Shown piece after piece: positions 35,111-47,129 of a stretch of 64,000 nucleotides of DNA. A program made the translations under genes and the position numbers. This DNA is from Lophium mytilinum (lineage: Eukaryota). The stretch covers positions 1,459,032 through 1,523,031 of the forward strand of contig MU004182.1 in NCBI GenBank assembly GCA_010093605.1, in the 5' to 3' direction. How positions within the stretch are numbered: position 1 is the first letter of the stretch; each line of letters starts with the position of its first letter. The notes beneath the pieces were generated by a model, which was not told the DNA's origin, searched no databases, and saw only the letters and a list, made by a program, of their open reading frames with translations.

Positions 35111-36115
35111 ATGTCTCGCCTCCTCCTACTTCCCCGCGAACTCCGCGATGACATTATCAAGCTCGTCATAAACTCGTACTCCCCTCCTCCGCGCAATCCA
35201 CACGATCCTTTTGGACAGGCCAAGCTCAAGAGGCACCTCGATTGTACATACCACAAGGCGCCATGGTCGGGATCCTGCATCTTGTACGACCCTCGGTCCC
35301 ACGACTACCTGCCTAACTGTAGTGCTCTGCTACAGACGAACTGGAAGCTTCATCACGAGACTATGGAGCGATTGAATAAACTCCGTCCAAATTTTGCTCT
35401 GGACATAATGGTGGTGGACAACACACAACTATGGCCGAAATGGACTTCTATACCCATGGTCTCGTCGCATGTTGAAACTGTGACAGCACACATCCGCACT
35501 TTCAGGACCGAGGCTGGATGGCAAGGGTTCCTCGGTGGGCCCGGTGAACCTCCCTCTATGACATGGGCTTTTTACGATATCTTGAAGCGGTTTCTTAATA
35601 TCGGCCCGGTCGGCCCAGGGTACTCGGTCAACGAGATCGGGAGGGGTACCACAATTCAAACCCTTCAAATCGACGTTGTGTGTCCCAAGGACTTGCCCGA
35701 GGGAACGGAGGTCGCACCAGAGCAGTCCGGTGCCCAAATTTATTTCCCGGGACACATCCCCTTCGTCGAGGGGTTCTTGTACGATGAAAAGAAAAAGTAT
35801 CTGATGCATCCAAAATCGCTAGCTCGATTCCTGTGGTGCTGGCTGGAAGCTCTTCTACACATGGATCGGTATTCAGCTATTCACGGCGCCATACTTTTCG
35901 AACGAGTAGGTACAATCAGACTCATGGTCGATGGCGAGTTGTTTAAGGAGTGGAACCTCGCCACGCTTCTGGCTGCTTTTCCACTAGATGGGCCACCGCA
36001 GACGTTTGAACGAGGGACCGAGGCCGACTTTAAGAGTTGGCGAGAGGAGACATATGTGTTTCGGAAGCAAGCTGGGCTTCCAGTGATCAGACACGGGTCT
36101 GCGCAAGGAAGCTGA
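35111..36115 (+). CDS. Hypothetical protein with N-terminal F-box-like motif
   Basis: MSRLLLLPRELRDDIIKLVI F-box-like start, ALLQTNWKLHHET, LDIMVV...LWPKWTSIP; long intronless ORF. Confidence 0.7.
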   Translation: MSRLLLLPRELRDDIIKLVINSYSPPPRNPHDPFGQAKLKRHLDCTYHKAPWSGSCILYDPRSHDYLPNCSALLQTNWKLHHETMERLNKLRPNFALDIMVVDNTQLWPKWTSIPMVSSHVETVTAHIRTFRTEAGWQGFLGGPGEPPSMTWAFYDILKRFLNIGPVGPGYSVNEIGRGTTIQTLQIDVVCPKDLPEGTEVAPEQSGAQIYFPGHIPFVEGFLYDEKKKYLMHPKSLARFLWCWLEALLHMDRYSAIHGAILFERVGTIRLMVDGELFKEWNLATLLAAFPLDGPPQTFERGTEADFKSWREETYVFRKQAGLPVIRHGSAQGS

Positions 36116-37609
36116 AGACGTATACCTTACTTCGTCTCATGACAATAGTGCGGTCTTGGAATTAAATAGTGGAAAAGTTGCAATTTATCCGACGGGCAAG
36201 ACACGAAGGGTTAGCACCAGAAATAGAAAGCACGGGGCTGTATCACCCTACGCGTTTGCTGGGAACGTGCCCAACTATACGTCGAAATCTTCCCGATGCG
36301 TCCATGCGCGTCTCCTGATCACCCGTGGGCAAGTGCTCGCTCACTCGCTGCCTTTTCTGAGAGCCGCATCTTCAACCGCCTGCAGCTTTCGTTTCATCAC
36401 TTTTCCTTCAGTCCGCAGCCCTCTCGAGTATCATCTACCCATACTTTGCGAGAAGGTACCAGTTCCTATTGCTGCTGTGCAATGGGGCAACTCAATTCCC
36501 GCAGCCAGGCCCCGCTGGAGGACCCAGCTCTTGGCGGCTCCATTCGCCACATTGAGGAACTACGACTCTTCGAGCTTGGAGACGCTCGATATCTCGCTGT
36601 GCCTCTAGCTCGGGTTAGCCCTGTTCTTTGCTCGAGATGACCAGTCACTCACCTGCTCGTAGACAGTTCAGCTTCCATCCATTGCTGAAACTCCCACTGG
36701 CAAAATTTCTGTGACAGTCGTGTTAACTCCTCAGGGACAAATTCCGAACCAAACTTGGGTCGACAATAACTTCAAGGAGTGGTATGCGTCTGACGATGTC
36801 TTTCACCACGACTTCCTTGCCAACGTGGTGTTCGTCAGCGCGGAGACAGAGCCAGCTGGCCTCACTCAAATGTCTGATCACATGCGCCATACCTGGAATA
36901 CGAGCTGGTGTACCTCAGTTCCTCAGACTTCAGTGGGACCAGAAGTATCATCGGGCCCGTATGTATTTTGGAACGGTCAGCTTTGCAAAGCATACAGACT
37001 CTACGACGATACGAACCAAGCTTTCATCGTAGGGACGAAGCCCAAAACATCTACAGGGTGAGTCGAGTCATCATCTCAGATCATCCTACTGCCCTCGGCC
37101 GCTGACTTTTGGAGCAGTTTTGAGAATCTGCGCGTGAGTGGTGATTTTTACACGACCTTGAGCTTAGCTGTTCCATCACGCATCCCTCAGGATCGCAGCG
37201 CGATGAGACCTCTAGACGGGCTCCGATTTGCAGTCAAAGATGTATTTGAGATCGAAGGACTTCGGACTACTGCAGGATGTCGAGCGTACTACAGCCTCTC
37301 AAAACCCGCATCGAAAACCGCCCCAACCGTACAAAAGCTGATTGACGCCGGTGCCCAATTGATCGGGACGCTGAAACTGGGCTCTCTAATCACGAGAGAA
37401 GAGCCTACTGAGTCGACCGACTACCAGGCACCTTTCAATCCACGGGGAGATGGCTACCAGTCTGCTTGGAGCAGCAGTGGAGGAAGTGGTGCTGCTATTG
37501 CTGCGTACGATTGGCTCGACTTCACGATCAGTACAGATAGTAGGACTCGTAGCTTCACATGAGTTGTGAAATGTATGCTAATTTGGTACTAGCTACGGGA
37601 AGTAGCCGC

Positions 37610-37775
37610 TGTTGGCCCCTACTACGGGTGACGTTCTCTTAGTCAGCATAGGCCCGTGCACGGCAATGCCTTCTTCCCTACACTCTCTATATTAGCTAGT
37701 TATTATCTATACTAATAATATAACTTTCTATATAATACCTATATACTACCTTATAAGCTATATTAAGCCCTTTTA
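37610..37775 (+). repeat. 5' LTR (166 bp)
   Basis: Aligns without gaps to 53424-53589; 33 mismatches by hand count, 32 of them transitions. Confidence 0.96.
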
Positions 37776-37777
37776 TT

Positions 37778-37795
37778 TAGTATCTAATAAGAGGC
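37778..37795 (+). promoter_or_regulatory. Putative tRNA primer-binding site (RIP-mutated)
   Basis: tagtatctaataagaggc lies 2 nt after the 5' LTR and de-RIPs to TGGTGTCCGATGAGAGGC, the TGG-start, 18-nt form expected of a PBS. Confidence 0.6.
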
Positions 37796-38329
37796 TTCTC
37801 TAGCTTAATCTAGAGGTTTAAAATTCTAATACCTAAGAGAAGAAAGTTCTATAGTTTACTTAAGAGAGTTCTTAATACTATTAGAGTAAGAATTACTATT
37901 CTATAGTTTACCTTACTAATTAGATATTAATAAGGGTAATAGTTAATATTTAAGAGAGTTTTTAGACTAGTACTACTACTAACTTTAGAGAGAGCTCTCT
38001 AGTTAACCTTACTAGAAGAATCTAGGTAAGTTATTACTATAAAATAAAAGCTTATAATATCTAATAAATTTAAGTAAATATATAGTATCTATTAATAAAT
38101 AAATAAATTAACTTATACTTTCTAGTATCTAAGTTAGAAATAAAATACCCCTCTAAAAAAAGAAAGGTAACTCTCTATATTCTAGGTAGATTATTAGTAA
38201 CTAGAAGACGCCTTACTACTAAGTTAACTAACTATTAACTATAGAACTAATAATATAGAATTTAGAGAGCTACTATTTATAGTAAGCTTACTATCTACCT
38301 CTTCTTCTTATAGATAGCCGCCTAAGTAC

Positions 38330-41250
38330 TATCTATTAGAGTACTAGCTTAATAAGGCGGATAAATTAGAAATTTTAGAATATATTAGTTATAGTAGGAA
38401 ACTTATAGATAAACCTATAGAAACTACTAGAGCTAGAATTATAGTTCTATAAAAGAATAATTTAGCTAAGATAGATAAGTCTATACTCTTTTCCCTTATA
38501 CTACCTAAACTATTTATCTTAATTCTAGAATAACCTAATACTATAATATTAAATAAGTTATTAGAGACTAAGTAAATTAATTTATCTATACTTAACCTTT
38601 CTAATAAAACTAAAACTATACTTAATCTATCTTCTACTTTAGATATTAATAACTATATAGTTAATATTAGCGGCTTAATAAAGGTATTCTATAACTAGAG
38701 TACTCTAAAGCTAGAAGAGCTAGCTCTACTAATACTACTAATAGTTAAGGTAACTACTTTATTATCTACTACTTCTATTACTTCTATAGAAGCTATTATA
38801 GTAATAGTAACTCTATTTCTCTTAATAGATAGTATATTACCTATCCCGCCTTTCTATAGTAAACTTAGAGAGAATCTAGCCTAGTTTCTCTACTATATAA
38901 GGCTCTATATTAGGCTAATATTAAAGTAATATAAAAATAAGAAAGATAAGAAAGAGCTATATCTAATAGATTTAATTAGCTATCTAGAAGGGAAGGTAAA
39001 GAAATATTATAATATAGTAAAGAGTAAAGCTAAAAGAAATTACTCTCTATTAGTTACTTTATTAGAGGAATAGATAAATATATAGTATAATAATAGCGCA
39101 GTTATAAAAGCTATTAAAGAGTTCTAGCAGCTCTTTTAAGGAGACTATACTATAGAAAAGTATATTAAATATACCTAAAAGATCTATAATATATTATTAC
39201 TAGTATTAGAAATATCTATCTTAGTAGTAAAAAGAATAGTAAAGAAGGTAAAATTAGAAAGAATTTATAGTATTGCGGGCCTAATATTATTATTAAGACT
39301 AACCTTTAACTTTAATAAAGCGGCGAAAGTATTACTCTTTTATAATATAAATAGTATTATTATAAGTCTTAATACTACTTAATTCTAACCCTTATTAATA
39401 AGTGTAGAGATTCTAAGAACTAAGAATAATTAGATATTCCTTATAATAGAGTTCTTAACTAAAGTAGTATAGTATCTTAGTACTATTAGGCCTCTATAGT
39501 TAATATTAGATCTAATTCTAGCGCTAAAGCTAATAGTAACTTATCTACTCTAAAACGCCTATCTATTCTAGAACTAATACTATAGTAAGTAAGACTAGAA
39601 AGCTCCCCTATTTACTACTACTATTAATAAGATACTAGCTAATCTAGAGGGATATATCTACTATAAGTACTATAAGGGTAGCTGTTTTAAATCTAACTAC
39701 TTTTATACTACTTTTAGTCTAGAGGAATATATATAATAAAAGAAGGTCTATAACTTAGGGCGTAAGGTAGCTAGTATTTTATAAAACTAAGGTTATAAGC
39801 CTTAAGTTATTATAGTAGCCTAACTTAAACTTTTAAATATAAATAATAGTAAAGATAATTTACTATAGGTATATATTTAGTCTATTAGCACCTAAGGTTC
39901 TAGAGTTAAAAAAGTAGTTAGGTATATCCTATAGTTATAACTAAGTAATAAGAGTAAAGAAAAGAGTAAGACTTCCTAATACTCTACTAAAGAGGAATTA
40001 TCTAGCAATAAATTATTAATAGCTAATATTATAGTAAATAAAAATAATAAGAGAGTAAGAGTTAAAGTAGACTTATTAACTAATTATAATAATAACTATC
40101 TAACTACTAAAGCTACTAAAAATATAAGATTATAAGTACTCTCTTTAAGAAAGTATACTATACCCTTCTAGTTTTAGATACTTTTTAAGAAGTTCTCTAT
40201 AGCTTCTACCGCTACTAATACTATAGTAGAAAAGGATAAGGTGTCTAAAACTACTAGTTATAAGTTAAAGTATAGTTCTTAGCTAGCTAAGTTTTACTAT
40301 ATCCGCGGTATAGAGAACGCCCCTCTCTTTAACCCTATTAAGGCTATGCTATAGAGGAAAATTAAGGCTAAAAATAATATTTAATAGGGTTACCTCTTAG
40401 ACTACTCTCTAAGGCTTACTAGAATAATTATATAAGCTTTAGTTTATCCCTCTAGTAAGTTAAAAGTAAAGTTATTATAACCTATAGTTAATATAAAACC
40501 TATTAAGGTTTCTTCTATCTCTATTAAAAAAGTTTTAGTATCTAGTAAAATTAAAAACTTCTATACTAAGGGTAGTATTTAACTTAAGTACTCTTTATCT
40601 TATAGAAAGAAATACTCTCTTAATTTTATTCTTCTAGATAGCGCCTCTAAGATAAACTTAATTAATTCTATAACTATAGACTAATTAAAGCTTACTTACT
40701 TACTATAGTAGCCTATAGAGATCTTAGTTACTAATAGTAGAATATATATTATTATAGATTTTATTAAGATAGACCTTACTATTACTAGCGTTTAAAGAAT
40801 TATTAACGCTTAGGTTATTAAAGGAAAGACTAACTATACTATACTTCTAGAATACTTATACCTATACTCTATAGTAGCGGAAGAAAGTTATTAAGACTAA
40901 GTAGTAACTTTTCTTAAAGTAGATAGAACCTGCGTACTAGTCCCCCGGGTTAATTATAAAATAGGTAAACTTATTAATAGTAGCTAAGTAAAGCCTTCTA
41001 GTAACTAAAAAGATAACTTTAACTATAACTCTAGATTAAAGGCTAATTCTAAAGCTAAGGTAGTAGACTAAGGGAACTATTTTATAAAATAAGCGTCTAG
41101 AAAGGCTCTATCTAACTCTAATAATACTAAGGAATTATTCTAGTTAGAAAAAGAGTTATATTACTAGATCTACTAAAGTCTAGCGGTAAATAGACTTATC
41201 TAGTTAACCTATATTTATTTAAAGTTAGTTATAATAAATTACTAAGTTAA
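38330..41250 (+). pseudogene. gag-protease ORF of the LTR element (RIP-destroyed; ends approximate)
   Basis: A single frame carries PIPPF(H)(G)K(P)(G)EN(P)A(Q)FL at ~38840-38890, a C-x2-C-x4-x-x4-C knuckle spacing at 39659-39700, and the aspartyl protease motif ILLDSAS(E)INLI at ~40628-40663. Confidence 0.8.
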
Positions 41251-41369
41251 GAAGAGATAGATAGATTATAGTTAATAAAGTTTAAGATATAAGCTAGAGA
41301 TATAAGGGCGTAAAGGGCCGCTTAGATTAGAGTTTCTAGTATTATTTAGAAACTTAAAGCTAAGGGCGC

Positions 41370-43170
41370 TACTATATACTAGAAAAGAAAATAACTATAG
41401 TAGATAGACTATCTAGAATTCTTAAACCTTTAAGTTCTACTACTTACTTTAATAACTTAGTTAAGGCCTTTACTTAGACTACTACTAATGCTAATACTAA
41501 CGGTAGCACTAATAATATAGAATCTAGCTATTCTATTAAAAAGAATTCTTAGTATATCTAGACCTATAATTCTAATTATAGTTCTATAGTATTCTACCTA
41601 TTAGATAGGGAAGTTTCTTTACCTAATAACTTTCTAGGTTACTATTCTTAGGCTATAATCTATTAAATTAAGTAATAAGTAATATATTACTAACTAGTTA
41701 AGTCTATAGAAGAAGGAATAATAACTTATTATTTAGCTTATATTAAAAGGAGTAGAAAGCTAAGCTATTATATTAGAGCTATTAATATACTAAAAGTACT
41801 TTAAGAGTTATATAATATTTATAGTTACTTTACTAATTAAATAGTTTTAAAGGTTACTATTAGAAAGTACTATTAGCCTATAAGGCACGCTAATATTATC
41901 TACTTCTACTAGTCCTGCTATAATTATTAAATATTAGGGCCGCTATAGGTAATATCCCTTTTACTATCTATCTTAGAACTGCAACCTTTAGACCTAATTA
42001 GTATAGATTTTCTAGAATCTATTTCTCTAGTTAGTAATAATAGAATAAAGTATATCTTAATTATAGTAGACTACTTTTTATACTATATCTAGGTAGTTAT
42101 AATACTATAAGTATAATCTTACTAAGTCTAGAACTTTATTAAAGGTTAAATTATTAAAGTTTTTAGCTTTTCTTATTCTATATACTTAGATAATAGTATA
42201 TAATTTACTAGAGGGGAGTTCCCTAGAGAGATAAAGAAAAATAGCGTTACTATACTATACGCCCCTTCTAGTTATTCTAGCTTAGTTAGTTTAGTAGAAG
42301 TATATATTAAGCTTATTAGAAAAGGGCTCTAAGCTAAACTTTAGAAAGATCTATTCTAGATTTACTAATAGAATAAACTTCTTCTAGAAATTACTTACGC
42401 TATAAATACCTAAGTACTCTATTTCTAAGAATTTACCCCGGCTTAACTTCTCTTTAGGTTTAATCTAAGGTTTAAGAATAATCCTATATTAATTAAGAAT
42501 AAACTATAGTTAACTACTATTTAATTAAATCTAATAGAGGATAGAAATAATTTTTTAGTAGTAGAAGCTCTATAGTTTAAGGCTAGACTAGCTAAAATTA
42601 ATAAAATGCAGTTATAAGTAATAATAAAGATGCTAAGAGCGTAATAAAACTTAGTAGAGAAGGCTAATTCTAAGTAGGTTTCTCTAGAGGTAGATAACCT
42701 TATTCTACTATACTAATACTTTCTTAATACTTAGAAAGAAAGAAAGTTAGAACTAAGATAGACGGGCCTATATAAGGTTTAATACTTTATAAATAATAAG
42801 AGCTTTATATTCCTCTAGAATATCTATACTAGTACTATTATTAGATAATACTACTTAGATAATCTTAAAATCTATCTCTCTTAGAATAATAGATTAAAAG
42901 AAGATTATATCTAAGTAATTAATAAATCTTATAAGATAGATACTACTTAGGCGGATATACTACCTCTACTAGATAATAAGAATCTTAATACTAAGGCGGA
43001 GTTAAAGGAGAAGGATATCTAGACCTTTAAGGCCCTGCTTAAAGGCAACTTATTTAAAGAGTAAGAATATAAATAGCTAAAAAACCTAGTAAATTACCTA
43101 GGCTAAGACGCGGATAAACCCCTTCTATTATACTAGATTTATTAAAAAGTAAATCTCTTTTAAATATAGA
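41370..43170 (+). pseudogene. RNase H C-terminal remnant plus gypsy-type integrase (RIP-destroyed; ends approximate)
   Basis: One frame carries (H)(V)(P)(G)K..(A)(V)(A)D(G)LSR at 41373-41417, (H)(D)I(H)(G)(H)F...YY(W)P...C..(C) zinc domain at ~41810-41930, (G)(M)DF, VDYF, (S)DN(G), (G)L(A)E and (W)TG(P)YKV (GPY/F) at ~42758-42780. Confidence 0.88.
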
Positions 43171-46100
43171 TCTAATAGAAATTACTTATAAGAAATATAT
43201 TTCTATATAGTAATTAAAGGAAATAGTAGTAGGGAGAAACTATAAGTATACTAGGTATTATTAGATTAATTATTCTTATTAATTTTATACTTATAGTTAT
43301 AGTAATAGCATTTAGGTATTAAAGAAATATATTTTACTTAGAGAGAGACTGTAATATTAACTGTAAAACGGATAATAGTTTATTAAGAATATTAACTTAG
43401 TTATTAGAGATATTAACTGTAGGGTAAATAATAGTTAATAATAAGTTAGTATAAATAAAGTCTAAGATTAGTAGACCATAATATAGCTTATAAAATATCT
43501 CTCTTTAACCTCTATATAATATATAGTAATAGTAGATATAAGAGTATATAAAAGATATTAAGTATATTCTTCTTTTCTAATTATATAGCTATAGAGGTTA
43601 ATAACTATTATTAAAAGTATAGTTAATATCTTTATTATATATATAAGAATATTATTCTTATACTTATAGCGCTCTCCCTTCTTTTCTAGGCGGGAGCATA
43701 GTTATAGCTCTTAAGTAGAATAATAGTAGTTATATATAACTATTAAGTAATACTATAGATAATATTATTATTAAATAGTAACCTTATTAAATAAGGCGAA
43801 TACTATAAATAACCCTATATTATTTAATTATAGAGAATAGATAAGTAGTATTTAAATTAACTTTAGTAATACTTCTTAAGTTTATCTCTTTTAATTAGAT
43901 ATTTAATACTATCTACTCTCTCTTTAGTTTCTTTATAGTCTATAGTAAATAGATATTCTCTTAAATTACTAGTTCTCTATTATACGCTCTATATTATACT
44001 AAAAGCTTAGCGCCTACTTTAGAGTAATATAACTATCTTACTAATCTATAGAGGCGGTAACTACTAAAATCTATATACCTTACTCTACCTCTTAGACTTC
44101 TAAGCTTTAATAACTTCTTAATTTAGACCTTCTTTCTTAACTCTTACTCTATTTAGGCTATCTTTGCGCCCTAGTTATAACTAATTAAGCCTTAGATTAG
44201 TAAGAGATTATAGATTTAAGTCTAAAGTTTATTAGAATCTAGTTAAAATTACTCTTACTTCTCTAACGCCTACTAGGTTAATCTCTACTATAGAAGTCTA
44301 GACGCTCTAATTTTACTTCTTACTATTTTAGTAATATTTACTCCTCTAGTATAGAGAAGATAAATATTAGTAATACTATAGATAACGCTGCTATAAGTAA
44401 TAGTTCTTAAGAGAAGGGCCTTAAAGAGAATAGAAAACCTCTATAATTTATCTTTAGAGGAGATATTAGTATACTTATAGTTAATTATTATATTAAGTAT
44501 AAGAATCTACTATTTCTATTTATAGACCTATTATAATTAATACTAAAATCTATAGTTACTAAGATACGCCTATCCCCTCTACGCGCTTTACCTGCTAAGA
44601 AAGAGTTAGAATTAAAGGAACTTAAGCTAATTAGTAGTCTAGAAACTAGCTATATTCTTACTAAGAGTTCTAATATTAATAAAGCTATTCTAGAAACTAT
44701 AGAAAGTACTTTATCTTTAGAATATACTACTTCTAGAAAGAAGTAAAAGGTTACTCTTAAATAAGCTATACCTATATATAGCGCAGTAAAGAGAAAGGTT
44801 TCTTTTAGTACTTAAGCTAGAAAGCTATCTAGTATTACTCTAAGTAGGGTTAAGTTTTTAAAGAAGTACTTAAATATATTTACTACTCTAAAGATTATAA
44901 AAAAGGTAGCTTTAACTTTAAAGAAGTCTACCTTCTTAACTAAGACTATTAACTATAATGCGGTCTAAATACTTAAAGCTATTAAGTTTAATCTCTTAGA
45001 GTAACTACTAGATTTAGTTATTAATTAGCTAAATCTAAATAAGAAAAGAAAATCTTCTATACTAAAGCCCTATATATATATAGCTTAAAAAGCTTCTAAA
45101 GCTTCTATTACTAAGGCTAGTACTAGTTCTACTATCTTAAACTCTATTTCTTAGTCTATACTAATTAAGAAGGCTAATAAGAAAGCTTCCCCGCTATTTA
45201 AGAAAGAGGAGGACGCTAATAATAAGAATATAATAGATATAAGGCCTAATTTTTCTTATAGCCTAGGTACACTCTTTATATATCTAGGTTAAGATATTAG
45301 TATAGCTATAGTTAACTTTCTAGAAGCTTAGTACTTTAATAGCCCTAATATAGTAATAGAAAAGGTTATAGTAAAGCTAGAACTAGATAGAAATATAGTT
45401 AAGAATTCTAGAAAGTTTTAGAAAGAGGCTTTTTCTACTTTTAAGGTAGTACTTCTATTTAAAGTTTAATAAGCTATTACCTACCTCTTAGCTATTACTA
45501 GAAATAACGTTAATATAATAAGGAAAATAGCAAAGAAGGGCTAGGCGGGTTAGATAAAGAAGAACTTAAGTACTTATAGACCTAGAATAGATATATATTT
45601 TACTACTTAGAGTAATTTCTAGAAGTCTAGCAGTCTTTATAGTTATAGCTAGAAAGTATTAGAAATTAGTTAAGATCTCTTTAATACCTTATAGAATAAT
45701 ACTAAGTTCTATACTACTACTAAGTCTAAGGCTTCTTTTATAGTTACTACTTCTAGAGCTTATATAGAATAAGATTCTTATATTATCTAGTAGAATTAGA
45801 ATAAGAATAGATTAATAACTTATAATTTAATCTTTAAGAAGAGCTTTAACCCCTTATATTTAGTATAGATTAATTTAATATTTTATAAGTATACTATTCT
45901 ATATACTATTAAAGATAGAGCTATTACTCTAGAGTAGTTAGAACTTACTAAGCTAGGTAAGGTCTAGAAGTAACTTAATATAGTAGCTAAGAGTATTAGT
46001 TAGTAATAAGTTAATATAGAGAATATTATGCTTAAGGCCTAAAATACTAAGATAGCTAAATATAAGCTTCTTAACTATTAGATCTCTACTTAGGTAAAGA

Positions 46101-46984
46101 TTATTTCTTAGCTAGTATTATTATTATTATTATTATTAAATTCTATTACGCTAGTATAGCTCCTATTAGAGTTTATATAGCTATTCTATCTAGGCTAATT
46201 TATAAGGGGAAACTATTTACTACTAGATAGTATTTAGGTAAAAACTTTATCCTCTATTATATCTAGTAATAGGCGCCCTTCTTCTTTATATTTTACTATA
46301 GGGGATATATAGTAGGTCTATAAGAACTACTATAGAATAAGCTATTAAAATATATCTTTCTATATCTATTCTAGAAGGTTTATTATTATTCTTCTAGGTT
46401 TAGGCTAAGTAGAATCTAGATATAAGGCTAGTATAGAATTAGCGTAAGGGCCCGCGTATAAGTAGTATACTTATAGGGCCTTTATTTAAGGTAATAAGGT
46501 AAAATAAATAGTAGCTATATAGGCTATTAGAGATAGAAAAGCTATATAGTATATAGATAGTATATAGTAGAGATATATAGAAAGTATATAGTTTATAAAT
46601 AGGCTATAAGAGTAGAAGAGCTATAAGTAGCTATATAGAGTTTATAGCTATAGTAGTATATATAAGCCTCTATAGTATAGCTAATAGCTATAAAAGGGCT
46701 AAAAGTATAGAGTATATAGTTTATAGTCTATAATTAGAAAGTATATAGCTATTTATAGTAAGTATAAGTTCTTATAGTATAACTAACTAATAGTAAAAGA
46801 AAGAAAGCCGCGTATATATACTATTATAAAGTAGATAGGCTATTTAGAAATAGAAGAGCTATAAGAGATAGAAAGTATATAGAAAGTATATATTATAGAG
46901 TATATAGTAGAGACCTAAAGCTAACTATCTATACTAAGTACTAGTTAAAAGAGGGCGCTAAGGCCTACTATAGTATAATTAGGG

Positions 46985-47110
46985 GGTAATAGTAAGGCTA
47001 TAGATAATAGTAAGGCTATTAGTAGTAGTAAGGCTATTAGTTATAGTAAGGCTATAGGTAATAGTAAGGCTATTATTTATAGTAAGGCTATAGGTAATAG
47101 TAGGGCTATA
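46985..47110. repeat. 18-bp tandem repeat x7 (consensus ggtaatagtaaggctata) near the LINE ORF2 end/3' UTR
   Basis: Seven consecutive 18-bp units read directly. Confidence 0.9.
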
Positions 47111-47129
47111 GTATTAAGTAGAAGGGCTA

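Noticed and set aside
39659..39700. Novel C4-type gag knuckle (TGT at the His position)
   Set aside because: A single codon in a dead, hypermutated copy cannot be distinguished from later mutation.
40628..42900. Copia classification from the apparent protease-integrase order
   Set aside because: The integrase has a gypsy GPY/F motif and is preceded by an RNase H tail, so the order is a deletion artefact.
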